64,000 bases of DNA, taken from positions 994,726 through 1,058,725 of the forward strand of contig MU004198.1 in NCBI GenBank assembly GCA_010093605.1, given 5' to 3'. Both the position numbers and the translations under genes were made by a program. This stretch comes from Lophium mytilinum. Taxonomy: Eukaryota. Below, one piece after another: positions 48,202-59,570 of this stretch. The notes below the pieces were generated by a model. That model made no database searches, was not told the origin of the DNA, and saw nothing but the letters and a program-made list of their open reading frames with translations. Position 1 is the stretch's first letter, and each line of letters starts with the position of its first letter.

Positions 48202-50412
48202 ATGATGTCGTTTCTTGCTGTTTGCTGTTTTCTATCAAAAGCCTCGTCATCTAGCGCCTATCCTTTGATTCTGCACACAAGAAACTCCTCAAATAACACT
48301 TCTAACCCTGCGCAAAGCACTTCCGGCTGGGTGGGTACGCCGAATGTTCGAGGCACGGCGGACCTATTAATTTCAAGCTTGACAACTCTTGCATTATGCG
48401 CGTGGACGGCATACCATCCAAACGTCAATCCAAAAAGGAGCCTCCTGCATACCTCGTTACGCAGATTTAAATGGATGCTAGCGGCCATTCTCATACCAGA
48501 ATGGGTGCTGTACTGCGCATGGAACCAGCGCTACTCCGCGCTGGCCCTGAAGGACACTATCAATAAAATTCTAGAAAAAGATATTCAATTCGACACGAAA
48601 TATGAAACGATCAACGCCGCTGAATCCCAAGCGACTACGGACGGATCAGTAACGGATGGTCAATCTTCAAAACCACCAGCTACCACGAAACGCTCCATGT
48701 GGACTACCGAACAAGCCTTCTTCGCGACATCCGGTGGATTCTCCGTGGACGCAAGCACATTCTGGCCACAGGAGCAATTGACCTTCACTCCGAACGGCTT
48801 GGTCGAACTCGCAAGACTTGGCCTGCTTCCAGATGTGTCTCCAACTACGATAACGGACAAGACCAAAGCAGACGTGGTCGCCAAGGTTCTAGTGTGCCTC
48901 CAAGCTGGCTGGTTCCTAGTTCAAACCATTGCTCGTTTGATCCAACATCTCCCTGTGACGCTCTTGGAAGTCCACGTGGTAGCACACATCGGGTGCGCGT
49001 TTGGAATGTATCTACTGTGGCTTGAGAAGCCGTATGATGCCGAATACCCAATCGCGTTCGAGGATGAGCGTGTGAGGGATCTGGCTGCGCTGTTTGCGGT
49101 TGATGGGGAGAGCGTAAGTCATGCCTTTCGCATAGCTGTACCGCATCTATTAATTATATGATAGGACAAGCGGCATCGATACAGACCACACGCTGACCCC
49201 GGGAAAGATGAAAATGAGGTCGATATTCGAGACGTTCGCAGCGCGCATGCATACGCCAATAAAGGCCGCTCGAAACGAGCGAGACTCCATCATTCTCTCC
49301 ACCGGAGCGAGGGCTCCTCTACTGGCCCAAAACACCGGTTGACGAACTTTTCAGATGATGATTGGTTCAAGGCCACTTTCCCCCAGATATCAACAAAGGA
49401 GGCCGAAGATCGCATCCAAGAACATGTCGACCGAGCGAATAGGGGGGTTCGGCTGGTTTGGACTCCCGCCATCCAGGAAGCCGTCCAGCCTCCCCACTTG
49501 CCAACCTCAGAGCCACTATCCCCAATCTCAACATCTTCAACTCCTCTCCCGAACCCATCAAACACCCCTTCTCCCTCATCATCGTCATCACCTCATCCTT
49601 CTCCATCTCCATCGGCCCATTCACTAGCTCCCCCCTCTCCACCCTCTCCCTCCCCAGCTCCCTCCTCTCCGCCCCTTCCCTCTCCAGCATCTCCCTCCTC
49701 TCCTCCCCTTCCTTCTCTAACTCCTACCCCTCCAGCCTCACCCTCCCTCACCCCCCGGCCCTCCTCCCGCGCCACAACCTCCTCAACCTCCTCCTACGCC
49801 ACCCTCGACCCCCACCTCCTCTACTTCTCCGCCGACGCCTTCCCCACCCGCGCCACGACCTCCCGCCCCTCGTACCCCTCCCCCCACGTCGTCTCCACGC
49901 GCCGCAACCACCGCATCAAAGGCCAACGCTCTCTCTTCAGCGGAGCGGTAGCGGGTAGGGACACCTCCACCCGCGCCCTCACCACCATGACCCTCCTCGG
50001 CTTCTACTACGGCGCGGTCCACCTCAGCGCCTGGAACGCCTTCTTCGTCACCGAAACCGAGCGGTGGATGTGGCGCGTGGCGGGGGTTGCGTTTGCGGGG
50101 TTTCCGGTGCTGTTGCTCGGCGCGGTGGTGGTGGGGGGGTGGAAGATGGGATTGCGGGCCGCACCACCCGAGGAGAGGGTGCAGAGGGGGAGGTCGACTC
50201 GGCGGCCCACCCACCCACTGGTGAGGAGAGTAGCGGTGTGGGGGTTGGAGGCGGTGGAGGCGGGGTGTGTGCTGCTCATGATGCCGATGTGTGTGGCGTA
50301 TGCGGGGGGCAGGGGGTTTGTGGTTGTGGAGGCGTTTGTGGGGTTGAGGGGGGCGGAGGAGGGGACGTGGAGGACGGTGGAGTGGGCGGGGTTCGTGCCG
50401 CATCTTGGGTAA
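48202..50412 (+). CDS. Fungal multi-pass membrane protein of unknown function; exons 48202-49113, 49165-50412
   Basis: GWV.TP..RGT..LL.SS..TL.LCAWTA.HPNV, KAD..AK.LVCLQAGWF..Q.IAR, LP.TLLE, YGAVHL.AWN..F.T..ER.MWR, VVEAF.GLR. Confidence 0.85.
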
Positions 50413-51347
50413 GGGAGGGGTGGTGGCGTTGTGTATGGGCATGGTGATGGTGTATTTTTTTCGTCGCTGTGGAAGATGGAGACTGCGTATATATGAGCGC
50501 GCGGATTTCAGCTGGGGGGGATTGGTGGTTGTTGAGATTGGAATCTCACGACTTTGGAAGACGATGGGATCGGTGTGTGGACTGCTCGTGCGGCTGGGGG
50601 AGGCCTTCGGGAGAAAGGAAATGATGACTTGTGGAAGAGTAGTTAAGACGAAGCAGCGAATTGTAGACGGACTTGGGCGACCAACGCAGTTATCATGATT
50701 CAGAGTTAGTGGGTAGGACAGGAATACAATATCAGATCAAATCTTGCTATGAGATCGAAATAGTGGTGGTGATGGCATTTGCACTAGTCCTATAGACGGA
50801 ATGCTTGGTTTCCAGTGTTTCTTAGGTCTGTGAGCCAGAGCACTAACAGCTTCCCTTTCTAATCTTGCCTTCTCTTCACTTCTCAGGTAATCATAGGATT
50901 GAACTAATCCGCAATGTCGGCCCATTCGCGCTTTGGTCTTCTGCACGCCCGGAGTGGGGTTGAAGAGGTGCCGGTAGTGGCATGTCTGAATCGTCTTCTG
51001 GGCTTAAGTCATTCTCAGAGCGCTCATCGGTGTAGTGTGAGTCGGTCGGGAGGGGTATGTCTCCGTTATGGGACGGCAGGGGGCTAGTCGGATGCCGAGA
51101 GGGGTGGTAGAAAGGGGTGTATGCCGCACTGAAGATGGCCAGGAGCCTAAACGGGTCAGCTCTCTGAAAGACAGCAGCTAGCTGGATGAAAGGTAGAGAA
51201 GGTTAAGGTGAAACTCCGGGACAGAAAGGTAATTGGGGAATTGAGAAGCGTATGATCACAACGCAGTGGCACGTGAACCGGTCGCGGGCACAGTGGCAAT
51301 ACACGGGACCCAGGATAAGACAGAAGAAGAGTAAAGCAGTATGAGAC

Positions 51348-51758
51348 TTACCAGTGGACCACATTCAACCATCCAATTATCTCCCAGAACAGATTGCTGT
51401 ACCCTATTACCTCCGCAATCATCATCCGCAACCCTCGCGAAAAGATAGCCGCTACCACAAATGGCAGATACACCACGAGCATCGCGCCCAACCTGTATCC
51501 TTGAAGCCGCCCATACCATCGCCGACTCAGAGTTCTTGTGCCGAGCGCGCGTCGTTCGAGCGAGAGAACATAGCCAGTGGATATTGAAGAGAGGATGTAT
51601 GGCCAAAGGAGGGTGAAAGGGGAGGTTATACTGGCTACGAGGAGCGCGTATAGAGAGAGAAAGAAGAGAAAAGGTGCGGGAAAGGTAAGAACGAGGGAGG
51701 TTGTATGTAGTGTTAGGTGGAGATGGGTCGTGGAGGCGTGAGTAAATGTGTTCGGCAT
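51348..51758 (-). CDS. Probable first exon of a small membrane-protein gene (3' exons unresolved)
   Basis: Hydrophobic ORF ending at a GTAAGT donor (~51350). Confidence 0.4.
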   Translation of the reverse strand: MPNTFTHASTTHLHLTLHTTSLVLTFPAPFLFFLSLYALLVASITSPFTLLWPYILSSISTGYVLSLERRALGTRTLSRRWYGRLQGYRLGAMLVVYLPFVVAAIFSRGLRMMIAEVIGYSNLFWEIIGWLNVVHW

Positions 51759-53154
51759 CTTGGAGATCGCGTCGGATAGCAAGGCGGCCAATTCCTAGCG
51801 AAGACTTCAAACAGCAAGGAACGTAAAGACGATACTTAGGTACGATTCGTGGATGCCGGGAAGCTGGAAGCCAGTGATCCAACCAAAAACGCGTAAGCGG
51901 AATGGATAGGCGCAACGATAAGTTAAGGGGGTTGAAAGATTATCGCCGGGGTACTTTCGGCGGGGTTGTGGATCGTGACTTGAAGTCCTTATTTGATGTT
52001 GTTTGCCTTATTTCAGTCCAAGGAGATTTGAAGAGCTCGGAAAGATGGGGAGGGTTGGTGACGACTACCTATAGCGGATTTCGCAATGCCAAGACCTAAA
52101 AGCGGCAGCGTGCGGCAACGACGCGTACCCCTTTGATGGAGTCGTAAGCTATATAAGGCGACGCCGCAATCGAAAGGTACATGAATAAGGCGTTTATTCG
52201 GATTTTCAGTGCGCCTTGTGTGGTACTCTTCGCGAATATGCGGCGAATACGCTGAACTAGACTGCCCTGGAGGATGGCGATCCTAGGAAAAACAAGACCG
52301 GAGCGTCTATGAATTCCGACGGTGTAGACCGAGTCATGCGTGATTGATCCCCCCCAAAGATTATCCAGGAATCCTAGGCGCAGATTTGCAGGCTTTGTTG
52401 TTATCGTGCGCTTGTGCTCATATACGGCCGTTGTGTCGAACCATGCTCGAGGTCTGGAACTGATCTTTGCAGTTGGAATTAGCGACGACAGAGTTGATAT
52501 CAGTAGGACGCGCCGTGGAAGTCGTCTCGAGTATTAAGGAGACGAAGTCAAGCTGTTCCGACCATGCCTATGCATCTGAAGCCTCGGAACCAGGCGAGAC
52601 ATTCTTATCTTTTCGCTAAAAGGTATCTTCGACGCTAGCGATTGGCTGAAGATGATACAGGAATCTTACTTACTTGGAAATCTAATAATCTGATATTATA
52701 AAGGCAGCAAATGTGTTGGTCGAAACAAGCGAAAATAATAGATGACACGGGGAAGTATGGTAGGTGGGTAGCTGCAGGTGGAACAGGACGAGTCGTCGTC
52801 GTCATGGAGTGGAGCCCACAGTCGCTTAAGTCCGGGGAAAAGGCCGAGCGCCAGCATTTCTTATCCCAACGTCAAAGCTCCCCTACGACACCACTGTGGC
52901 GACGAAGAGACGTCGTCTGCGATGTTCTATTCCATCAAATCGAATAGAGCACTCATCCCGAGCCTTCCAATTGTTCGCTCCGATTGCTTGCTTGTTTGCG
53001 CCTCTTGGGGCTGTCCTGCGGGCAAGTAACCTAGTGAGTTGTAAAGCATCCGCTTCAGTGGTCTCCCCTCAAACGCGTATGAGACTCTCGTTCGCATCAC
53101 GTTCAACACACAGCCTCTCCAACTGCTGGAATGGATGGCATAATTTCGCCACCA

Positions 53155-54612
53155 ATGGCCCCCACACTTAGCGAATTTCCTGACGAGCTTCTCACCGAAA
53201 TCATCGCCTTCATCAAATCTGGATGCAAAGGCAACCACGCAGCAGCCTTGACGGACCTTGCTTTTGTATCTAAGAAGTTCGCCAGGTGTACCCAGGAAGT
53301 TCTATTCCGCAATATCGACTTCAGGCTCTTTTCCCACAAGACTGACGTTAGAACTTGGCCTCCCAAAGGCGCTCGGCTCTTTTCACTATTCCGAACACTT
53401 TTGAGTAAGCCCAGTCTTGCGAAAAAAGTGCGCTCTTTACACTGTGGAAGCTACGGAGTTTTCCAGGTTAAGAGCGGAACATGCTCATGGGACATACTGC
53501 AAAACCACATCAAAACCCTCGCTATTCCAGAAAATTTAAAGGAATTATGGTTAAAGGACACCAGAAACGAGCAATATGACGCAATCCTCTCTGGCGTCAT
53601 TTCAATCGTCCCGAATCTACGACAGCTGTGCTTGCAGGTCAACGATTTCTTTCCATACACTTTGGCGAAGTTCTTCATATTCTCTCTTGGTCCAATCTTA
53701 GGATCCCTGCAAGTCCTAGAACTTGAAGCGCAGGACAGTAATGGAATTCAATTGTCGGAGGCTTACTACCGCGACACGTACTCAAACACATCATACCTGC
53801 GTCACCCATCGTTGAGACTACGTCACCCATCGTTGAGAAAGCTTTGCATTCGAGACGTTGACGACCGTTCGCACGGCTATGTGACTGCGCCTCTTCATGG
53901 CGTTTCTGGGATCACGGATCTATCTATCGACGGCACGACCGGAGAAGAAACTCTGAAGTCCTTACTACGTTGCTTCAAGGGTCTCAAATCCTTACAATGC
54001 ACTGGAACGGCAGGCTCGGCATGGAATGCAAGCTATGTTAACCTTGACAAGATTTTCGATGGACTGCGAGCACATCAGGACACACTGGAACGTCTGACAA
54101 TCGAATGGGACGTTCAGGCTGAGCATAGAACAGATCCGGGTTCTTCTTTCTCATTCGCGAGGTTCAACCACCTCCGCACTCTCACGATATCCAGTAAGAT
54201 ATGGGTCAGCAGTCGCGCGGGGAAGCCTTGGGTCAATCAACAATGTGCCCCAGGAATCATTGCTCAATTACTAGCGAATTCCTTACCGACATCACTTACC
54301 AGCTTAGACCTTCTTGACTGGGGGTACTCTCATGCCTGCAATCCAGAGTGGACTTTGACCTCCAGCAAGGTTTCTGATGGCAACGCTGACCTGGAACCCC
54401 TTCGGTGCCTTATTCCATGGCTACAAGAGGATGAAGGCTTGCCTAACCTTCGTTGCATTAGTTTTGGTAGGCTTAAGGAAGACTTCGATGATTTCAGCTG
54501 CGAATGGCCTAGAAACTCATATCCGAGGGGTCTCGAACTGGAATTGTATAAAACCAATGTGGCAGACTGTCTTTTGAAAGCAGGAGTTGAGGTAGTAATC
54601 AGGTACTCCTAA
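53155..54612 (+). CDS. F-box plus LRR/RNI-like protein
   Basis: LSEFPDELLTEII F-box; LFRTLL.KPSLAKKVRSL; repeated LxxLxL units (PNLRQLCL, SLRKLCI, TLERLTI, HLRTLTI, SLTSLDL). Confidence 0.85.
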   Translation: MAPTLSEFPDELLTEIIAFIKSGCKGNHAAALTDLAFVSKKFARCTQEVLFRNIDFRLFSHKTDVRTWPPKGARLFSLFRTLLSKPSLAKKVRSLHCGSYGVFQVKSGTCSWDILQNHIKTLAIPENLKELWLKDTRNEQYDAILSGVISIVPNLRQLCLQVNDFFPYTLAKFFIFSLGPILGSLQVLELEAQDSNGIQLSEAYYRDTYSNTSYLRHPSLRLRHPSLRKLCIRDVDDRSHGYVTAPLHGVSGITDLSIDGTTGEETLKSLLRCFKGLKSLQCTGTAGSAWNASYVNLDKIFDGLRAHQDTLERLTIEWDVQAEHRTDPGSSFSFARFNHLRTLTISSKIWVSSRAGKPWVNQQCAPGIIAQLLANSLPTSLTSLDLLDWGYSHACNPEWTLTSSKVSDGNADLEPLRCLIPWLQEDEGLPNLRCISFGRLKEDFDDFSCEWPRNSYPRGLELELYKTNVADCLLKAGVEVVIRYS

Positions 54613-55146
54613 ATCGTAAGCTTCACACAGAAATTCGACGTCGCTTGACATCACAGATTAGGCGTGACTGAACTAAGTGAAAACTCATCACCGTGAATAG
54701 GTCACTGCGAACTCTGCTGCTACCCTCAGTTTTTGACCACCAGTATATAACAAGAAGAAGAACCTACTTAACCTCCAAAGTGAAGGAGAATAATGTTGGA
54801 AAACGAGCCCGTTGTTCGTGAATCAGATTTGGAGTGGCAGGTGCATTGTTGGAACGTCAGCATTTTCACTCAAGCAGTGAATCGAAGGCCCCTCGTGGAA
54901 GATAGGACATCAATATATATGGGGAGTAGCTAGCTTGTTTCTTATCACCTAATTCCATAATCATCGCACCGCACCACCACTTTTACCAGCGTACCACCAA
55001 CGCCACCGCCTGCACCCCTCTGCAACTGCTATTGACCCCTCTGCAACTGCTATTGACATTTCCTGCTACAGAAGCGGCCACTCAAACCCATTTCTACTCT
55101 ATCTTCCCTCATCTGCCTCGAAGTACAACCGCTCAGGGTCGCAAGC

Positions 55147-56553
55147 ATGAACTTCAATACCTTGCAACCTAGGAATATCGAGGATTTGCCCGACGAGTTG
55201 CTCGCCGAGGTCATTTCATACGTAGGTAAGGAATGCAGAAATAATCCCGGAAATGGACAGTTGACGGACTATGCTATCATCTCCGAGCAGTTTGCGAGAT
55301 GCACATAAGGCGTCCTATTTCGAAACATTGACTTCATGCTTGACCTTCATGCCACGAAACTCCAAGCCGCATTGATGTTCGAAACTATCCGTGCGAAGCC
55401 TGGTCTCGCAAACCGTGTTCAGAGGCCGAGCGTCACGGCCTGCGACACCTAGGAGTACAGCCATGGATTTCTTGCGAAATAATCGACTCGGGCCAACCTA
55501 CTAGGACATGTAGTTAGCTTAAATCTACTGCGCGATACCGAACGGCTTTGGTACACCGAGATCCACAGTAAGCAGTTCGTCGCCATGATTGCGGGTCTTC
55601 TTTCCCTCATGCCGGGCCTGCAGGAGCTCCGGTTGGAGGTGGGCCCACAAGCTGACCCGGTTTTGTTGCCCCAGTTGGCTCAACTTCCCACGAGGCCAAT
55701 TTTGAAGTCGCTCAAGTTTCTGGACGTAGAAGGGGGTGCTGCTGAAAACTACAGCGTCTTTCATACTGGTCTCTTTCTTCCTGGGCTGCAACATGACGCC
55801 TCAATGCTGTTTCTTTCATCGCTGCAGAAGCTTTGCATCAAGAACAATGGCGACGACTTCCCCGAGTTGATCCCGATAATCGCGGTGCATCCCAGTATTT
55901 TCGCCAACATCCGCGCGGCTTCTAACATCACGGACGTAACTTTCTACGGGGAAGTCGACGAAGATGTATTCATCCCCTTCTTGGCAAGCTTTAAACAGCT
56001 CCGTAAACTCCGCTGTACCGTAACCGGATATGACGCTCCCGCCAGGGCAAAACTGTTTCGCGAGCTAGAAGCCCATCGCGATACTCTGGAGACCCTGACA
56101 CTCGACTGGAATACTGAGTATTTGTCTCCCTGTTTCGTTCCATTTGAGAAGCTTACGCAGCTGGAGTTCCGTGCGTGCCATGGGTTTCTCCCGTTCGGAA
56201 CGGACAACCCCGAAAACGTCACTTGGAAGATAGTACGAGCTCTGTCGAAATCACTCAGATCCCTTGGGTTTTTCGGGTGGGTGTATGAGCACTAGACTAA
56301 TCCGCAATGGCAAGGACCGGAATGCGAACGGGAAGATCCTGATCTCCAGCCGTTCGAGCATCTTATTCCTCTACTTCCGGATTACCTTCCGCACCTTCGG
56401 CACATTCAATTTGTGGATAAAGCCTATGATGAGGAGGAAGAGGTGACTGATAGATCCGCGTTGTATGGGTTGGAGTTCGAAAGAGACAACCTACAGCGAA
56501 GGTACAGGGAGGCAGGAGTAGACTTATCGTACAGATATGAGGCATTTGTCTGA
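55147..56553 (+). pseudogene. F-box/LRR-like pseudogene, paralog of 53155..54612
   Basis: One frame, no frameshift, in-frame stops at 55306 (TAA), 55450 (TAG), 55480 (TAA) and 56293 (TAG); FARCT*GVLFRNIDF vs FARCTQEVLFRNIDF in the paralog. Confidence 0.88.
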
Positions 56554-56779
56554 GAGAAGGGCCTAGGCTATTGCGGTCGGATTATACTGGGTCATCTACC
56601 AGCTCTGTATCTACTTCGTGTTCAGTGCAGGGGGGTTCGTTTTTTGAAAGTCATTACGGATCAAAGAGCTTCCAGCTTGTCTTTTTTCTCTCAATTATAT
56701 CTCAGACATACTTGAGCACACACACAAGTGGACAAAGTAATGAATACTAGTTATTTCCAGTATCTCTCCTAATCGCATT

Positions 56780-57560
56780 GTAACCACACACATAGTAAAG
56801 TTAAGCACTAAAATTCTATTACTATAGTCTATTAACTATTTACACATATTAATTAGTTCTATAAGGTTTCTAGTCTCTATAAATACTCTACCCCTAGTGC
56901 ATGCTATATTTATCCTCCCCTTAACCTTAAGCATGCTAGTCATCCTCGTGTTTATACAGCTTGGCAACATCTCCGCGCTACTTAGCAATCTCCTATCTTG
57001 CCTAAACTTTAGCTTTATTGTCTTCAAGCTCTATTTATTTTCTGTAGCTTTAAGGCTGGAAGAGTATTTTATAAAGCTATACTCCAAGTTATATAAAATG
57101 ACTGTGCTTTATATTAGACAGAGGGTGTCCATAGTTACATAATACGTATCCCCCTTTTCTAGCCCGACCTTTCTAAGATAAAGATTAGTAGTTTTCTCTC
57201 TTTATAAGCAAACTTTCCCATGTTTAATAGAGATCTAGTAGCTTGTATTGCAAGACTACTCTTAAAAGAGGCGTAAGATAAACACAATATTAACTAGGAA
57301 TGCGCCGTGCCGCTAATATAGAACTCTTGCACCAACGTGCCAAAGACATGAAAAAGTTGCCCTAAGACACTATCTATTTGCCACTCGGAAACTCTGGCCA
57401 TTTCTAGGTGCAGCGAATTGGTTCTTTTAGAAGAACTAAAGTCATATTAGGCAGTAAAGCGGAGAAATGCTATAGCTAAATATTAGCGACCGCATTGAGC
57501 GGCCGCGAATGAAGTCACATATTATCCTCAAGATACAGTAAGGCTTTAACATCACTTCTA
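56780..57560. mobile_element. AT/TpA-rich relic, probably a RIP-mutated repeat
   Basis: Abrupt AT enrichment with dense TA/TAG/TAA; no recognisable domain or termini. Confidence 0.45.
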
Positions 57561-58559
57561 CGGCTTAAGCATGGGCCTGTATAGTTACAAGTTGTGACAA
57601 AAGGCGCACGCAGCGTGTGCAGGGTTGCTAGACGCGAATTCCCCAACCCCAACAAAATGTTGGACTTCCATCCTCACCATCACTTAAAGATGAGCGTACA
57701 CTCAAAGCAGTCGGGGCTTTTGAGGACCACGCACAAGAGACGTTCGGATTCCCTGGTAAAGTGATCCCTTCACCTTGCCATCGGCCGTTGCCAAGGGCCG
57801 TTGCCAAGGTGCCCTCCGGCGTAGTGTAGCAGCAAATTGACAGAGTCAAATTCACCTAGTGCCACTGACGTCACAGAGCTCATAGAATGTCGTAGAATGT
57901 CGTGGAAACTGCTGCCTGAAGGCTCGCGTGGCTAGGCTTGGCGACAAATTTTCGCCATAAAGCCTCTGCTCGCCCTCCAACTTTCCACTCTCGACAACCT
58001 CCTCCTTCTCCTTCTCTTTGAAACAACATCGGCCTCTTCTCTTCATCTCGACACTCCTTCTCTCTTCGACAACATCGACCATCCTTCCTTGCTCACTCGA
58101 CGATTTCCTCCATTTCACCTCCTATGGACTCGACCCGACCGGCACCAAGCCAACCTCACCAGTCGCGCGAACGGTCAGTGCTAAGTCCCATACCTCTCCT
58201 CCCTTCTGCCTGCAATGATGAGGAAATCCTTAGACCGAGACTGGCCTCGACTAACTCTCCTGATGGCGGCCCTTCCTCTCATGCATTGCGACAATCTGTG
58301 ATCTAAGATCACGAAGTCGTAAGCGCTGTATGATGGGATTGGCTATCCTGACGTTGTGACTTGCTTGGTTGGCACTGTTGATTAAAGGACTAATCTTCTC
58401 TCTGATACACAATGGCATTATTTCACTGTTCCTCGCTTCATTTACTTCACCACATGGAAGCTAATCATTATCATTCGCAGACCTTCGGCCTCGCGCTCTG
58501 TTTCCCGGCTACGGAATATCGGACGACGACCTACAACATGCTCGACTCACCCGACATTC

Positions 58560-59570
58560 GGCAACTTTGACTCAACCAACGTGGATCCTTGGCGCTCCAA
58601 GGCTCATTGGCCTCAGCCTTCGGGGTGTGCTAGGCGGGCTCCCTATAGGGGGGTCTTCATGATGCTCGTCAATTGGTGTCACGTCTAGCATGCTGTCCCA
58701 CAGTACACATGCCGGCAACCAGTTTCTGGTGCCCGTTGGAGGTGGGAATCCTGACGTACTGCAACTGGAGCTGGGTCAAGGCGTAAGGCCAGGCGTGAAG
58801 GCGCTCTTGCGGGACGTTGCCGGGGAAAGCAGGGACCACAATCACAAAACGGTGGCGGATGGGATTCTTGAAGTGGGGGTGGTCTGCTTAGACGACATCG
58901 ACGGACGACTTTCGGCTTGGCGACTTGCGACGGAGGGCTGAGGAGGATTTGGGACTTGGGACTTGGGATGCGGGAGCTGGGATTCAAGAGCTGGAATTTG
59001 GAATTTGGTACTTGGGATACGGGGTACTGGATCTGGGGGTTAAGAGCTGGGAGTTGGTGGGTGTCAAGAGCTACGAGGGGTTAGGTGTCAAGAGCTGGGA
59101 GTCGGACTTCAAGAGATGGGAGGCGGTGATTCATGAGTTGGGTGTCGGGGATTCAAGAGTTGGATGTTCGGAGCTGGGATGTTGGAACGAGCTTGGCTTC
59201 TGGGGCTTAGGACGACCTTCGACTCACGACATACACGACATACTCGGACTCCTTGGCCTTCCAAGGTTCATTGGCTCCAGCTTCCGGGGTCTCTGCTGGG
59301 CGGGTTCCCTATAGGGGAGCCTTCATGATGCTCGTCAATTGGTGTCACGTCTAGCATGCCGCTCCTCACACAACAGTCCGGCAACTTGTCTCAGGTCCCG
59401 GCGCAAGTAGGCGGTTCTTGCAACGTGTGTCAACTGGAAGCTGTCCAACGGCGTAGGGCCGGGATTGAGGGCCATCCTCCTGTGGGATGGTATCGAGGAC
59501 CGGGGCCATGCATGGGTCGGGGACGAAGGATTCTTGAAAGGGGGCGGTCTGCTTAGACAACATTTACCAC
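58560..59570. repeat. Diverged direct repeat pair (~330 bp, offset ~666 bp) around a G-rich short-unit array
   Basis: Identical 39-mer at 58655-58693 and 59321-59359, with flanking similarity. Confidence 0.85.

Noticed and set aside
55147..56553. TAA/TAG reassigned to Gln, or programmed readthrough
   Set aside because: Conserved genes in the window (RRB1, TEM1, PTM1, DCP2) end normally at TAG/TAA; RIP-type mutation is the simpler explanation.
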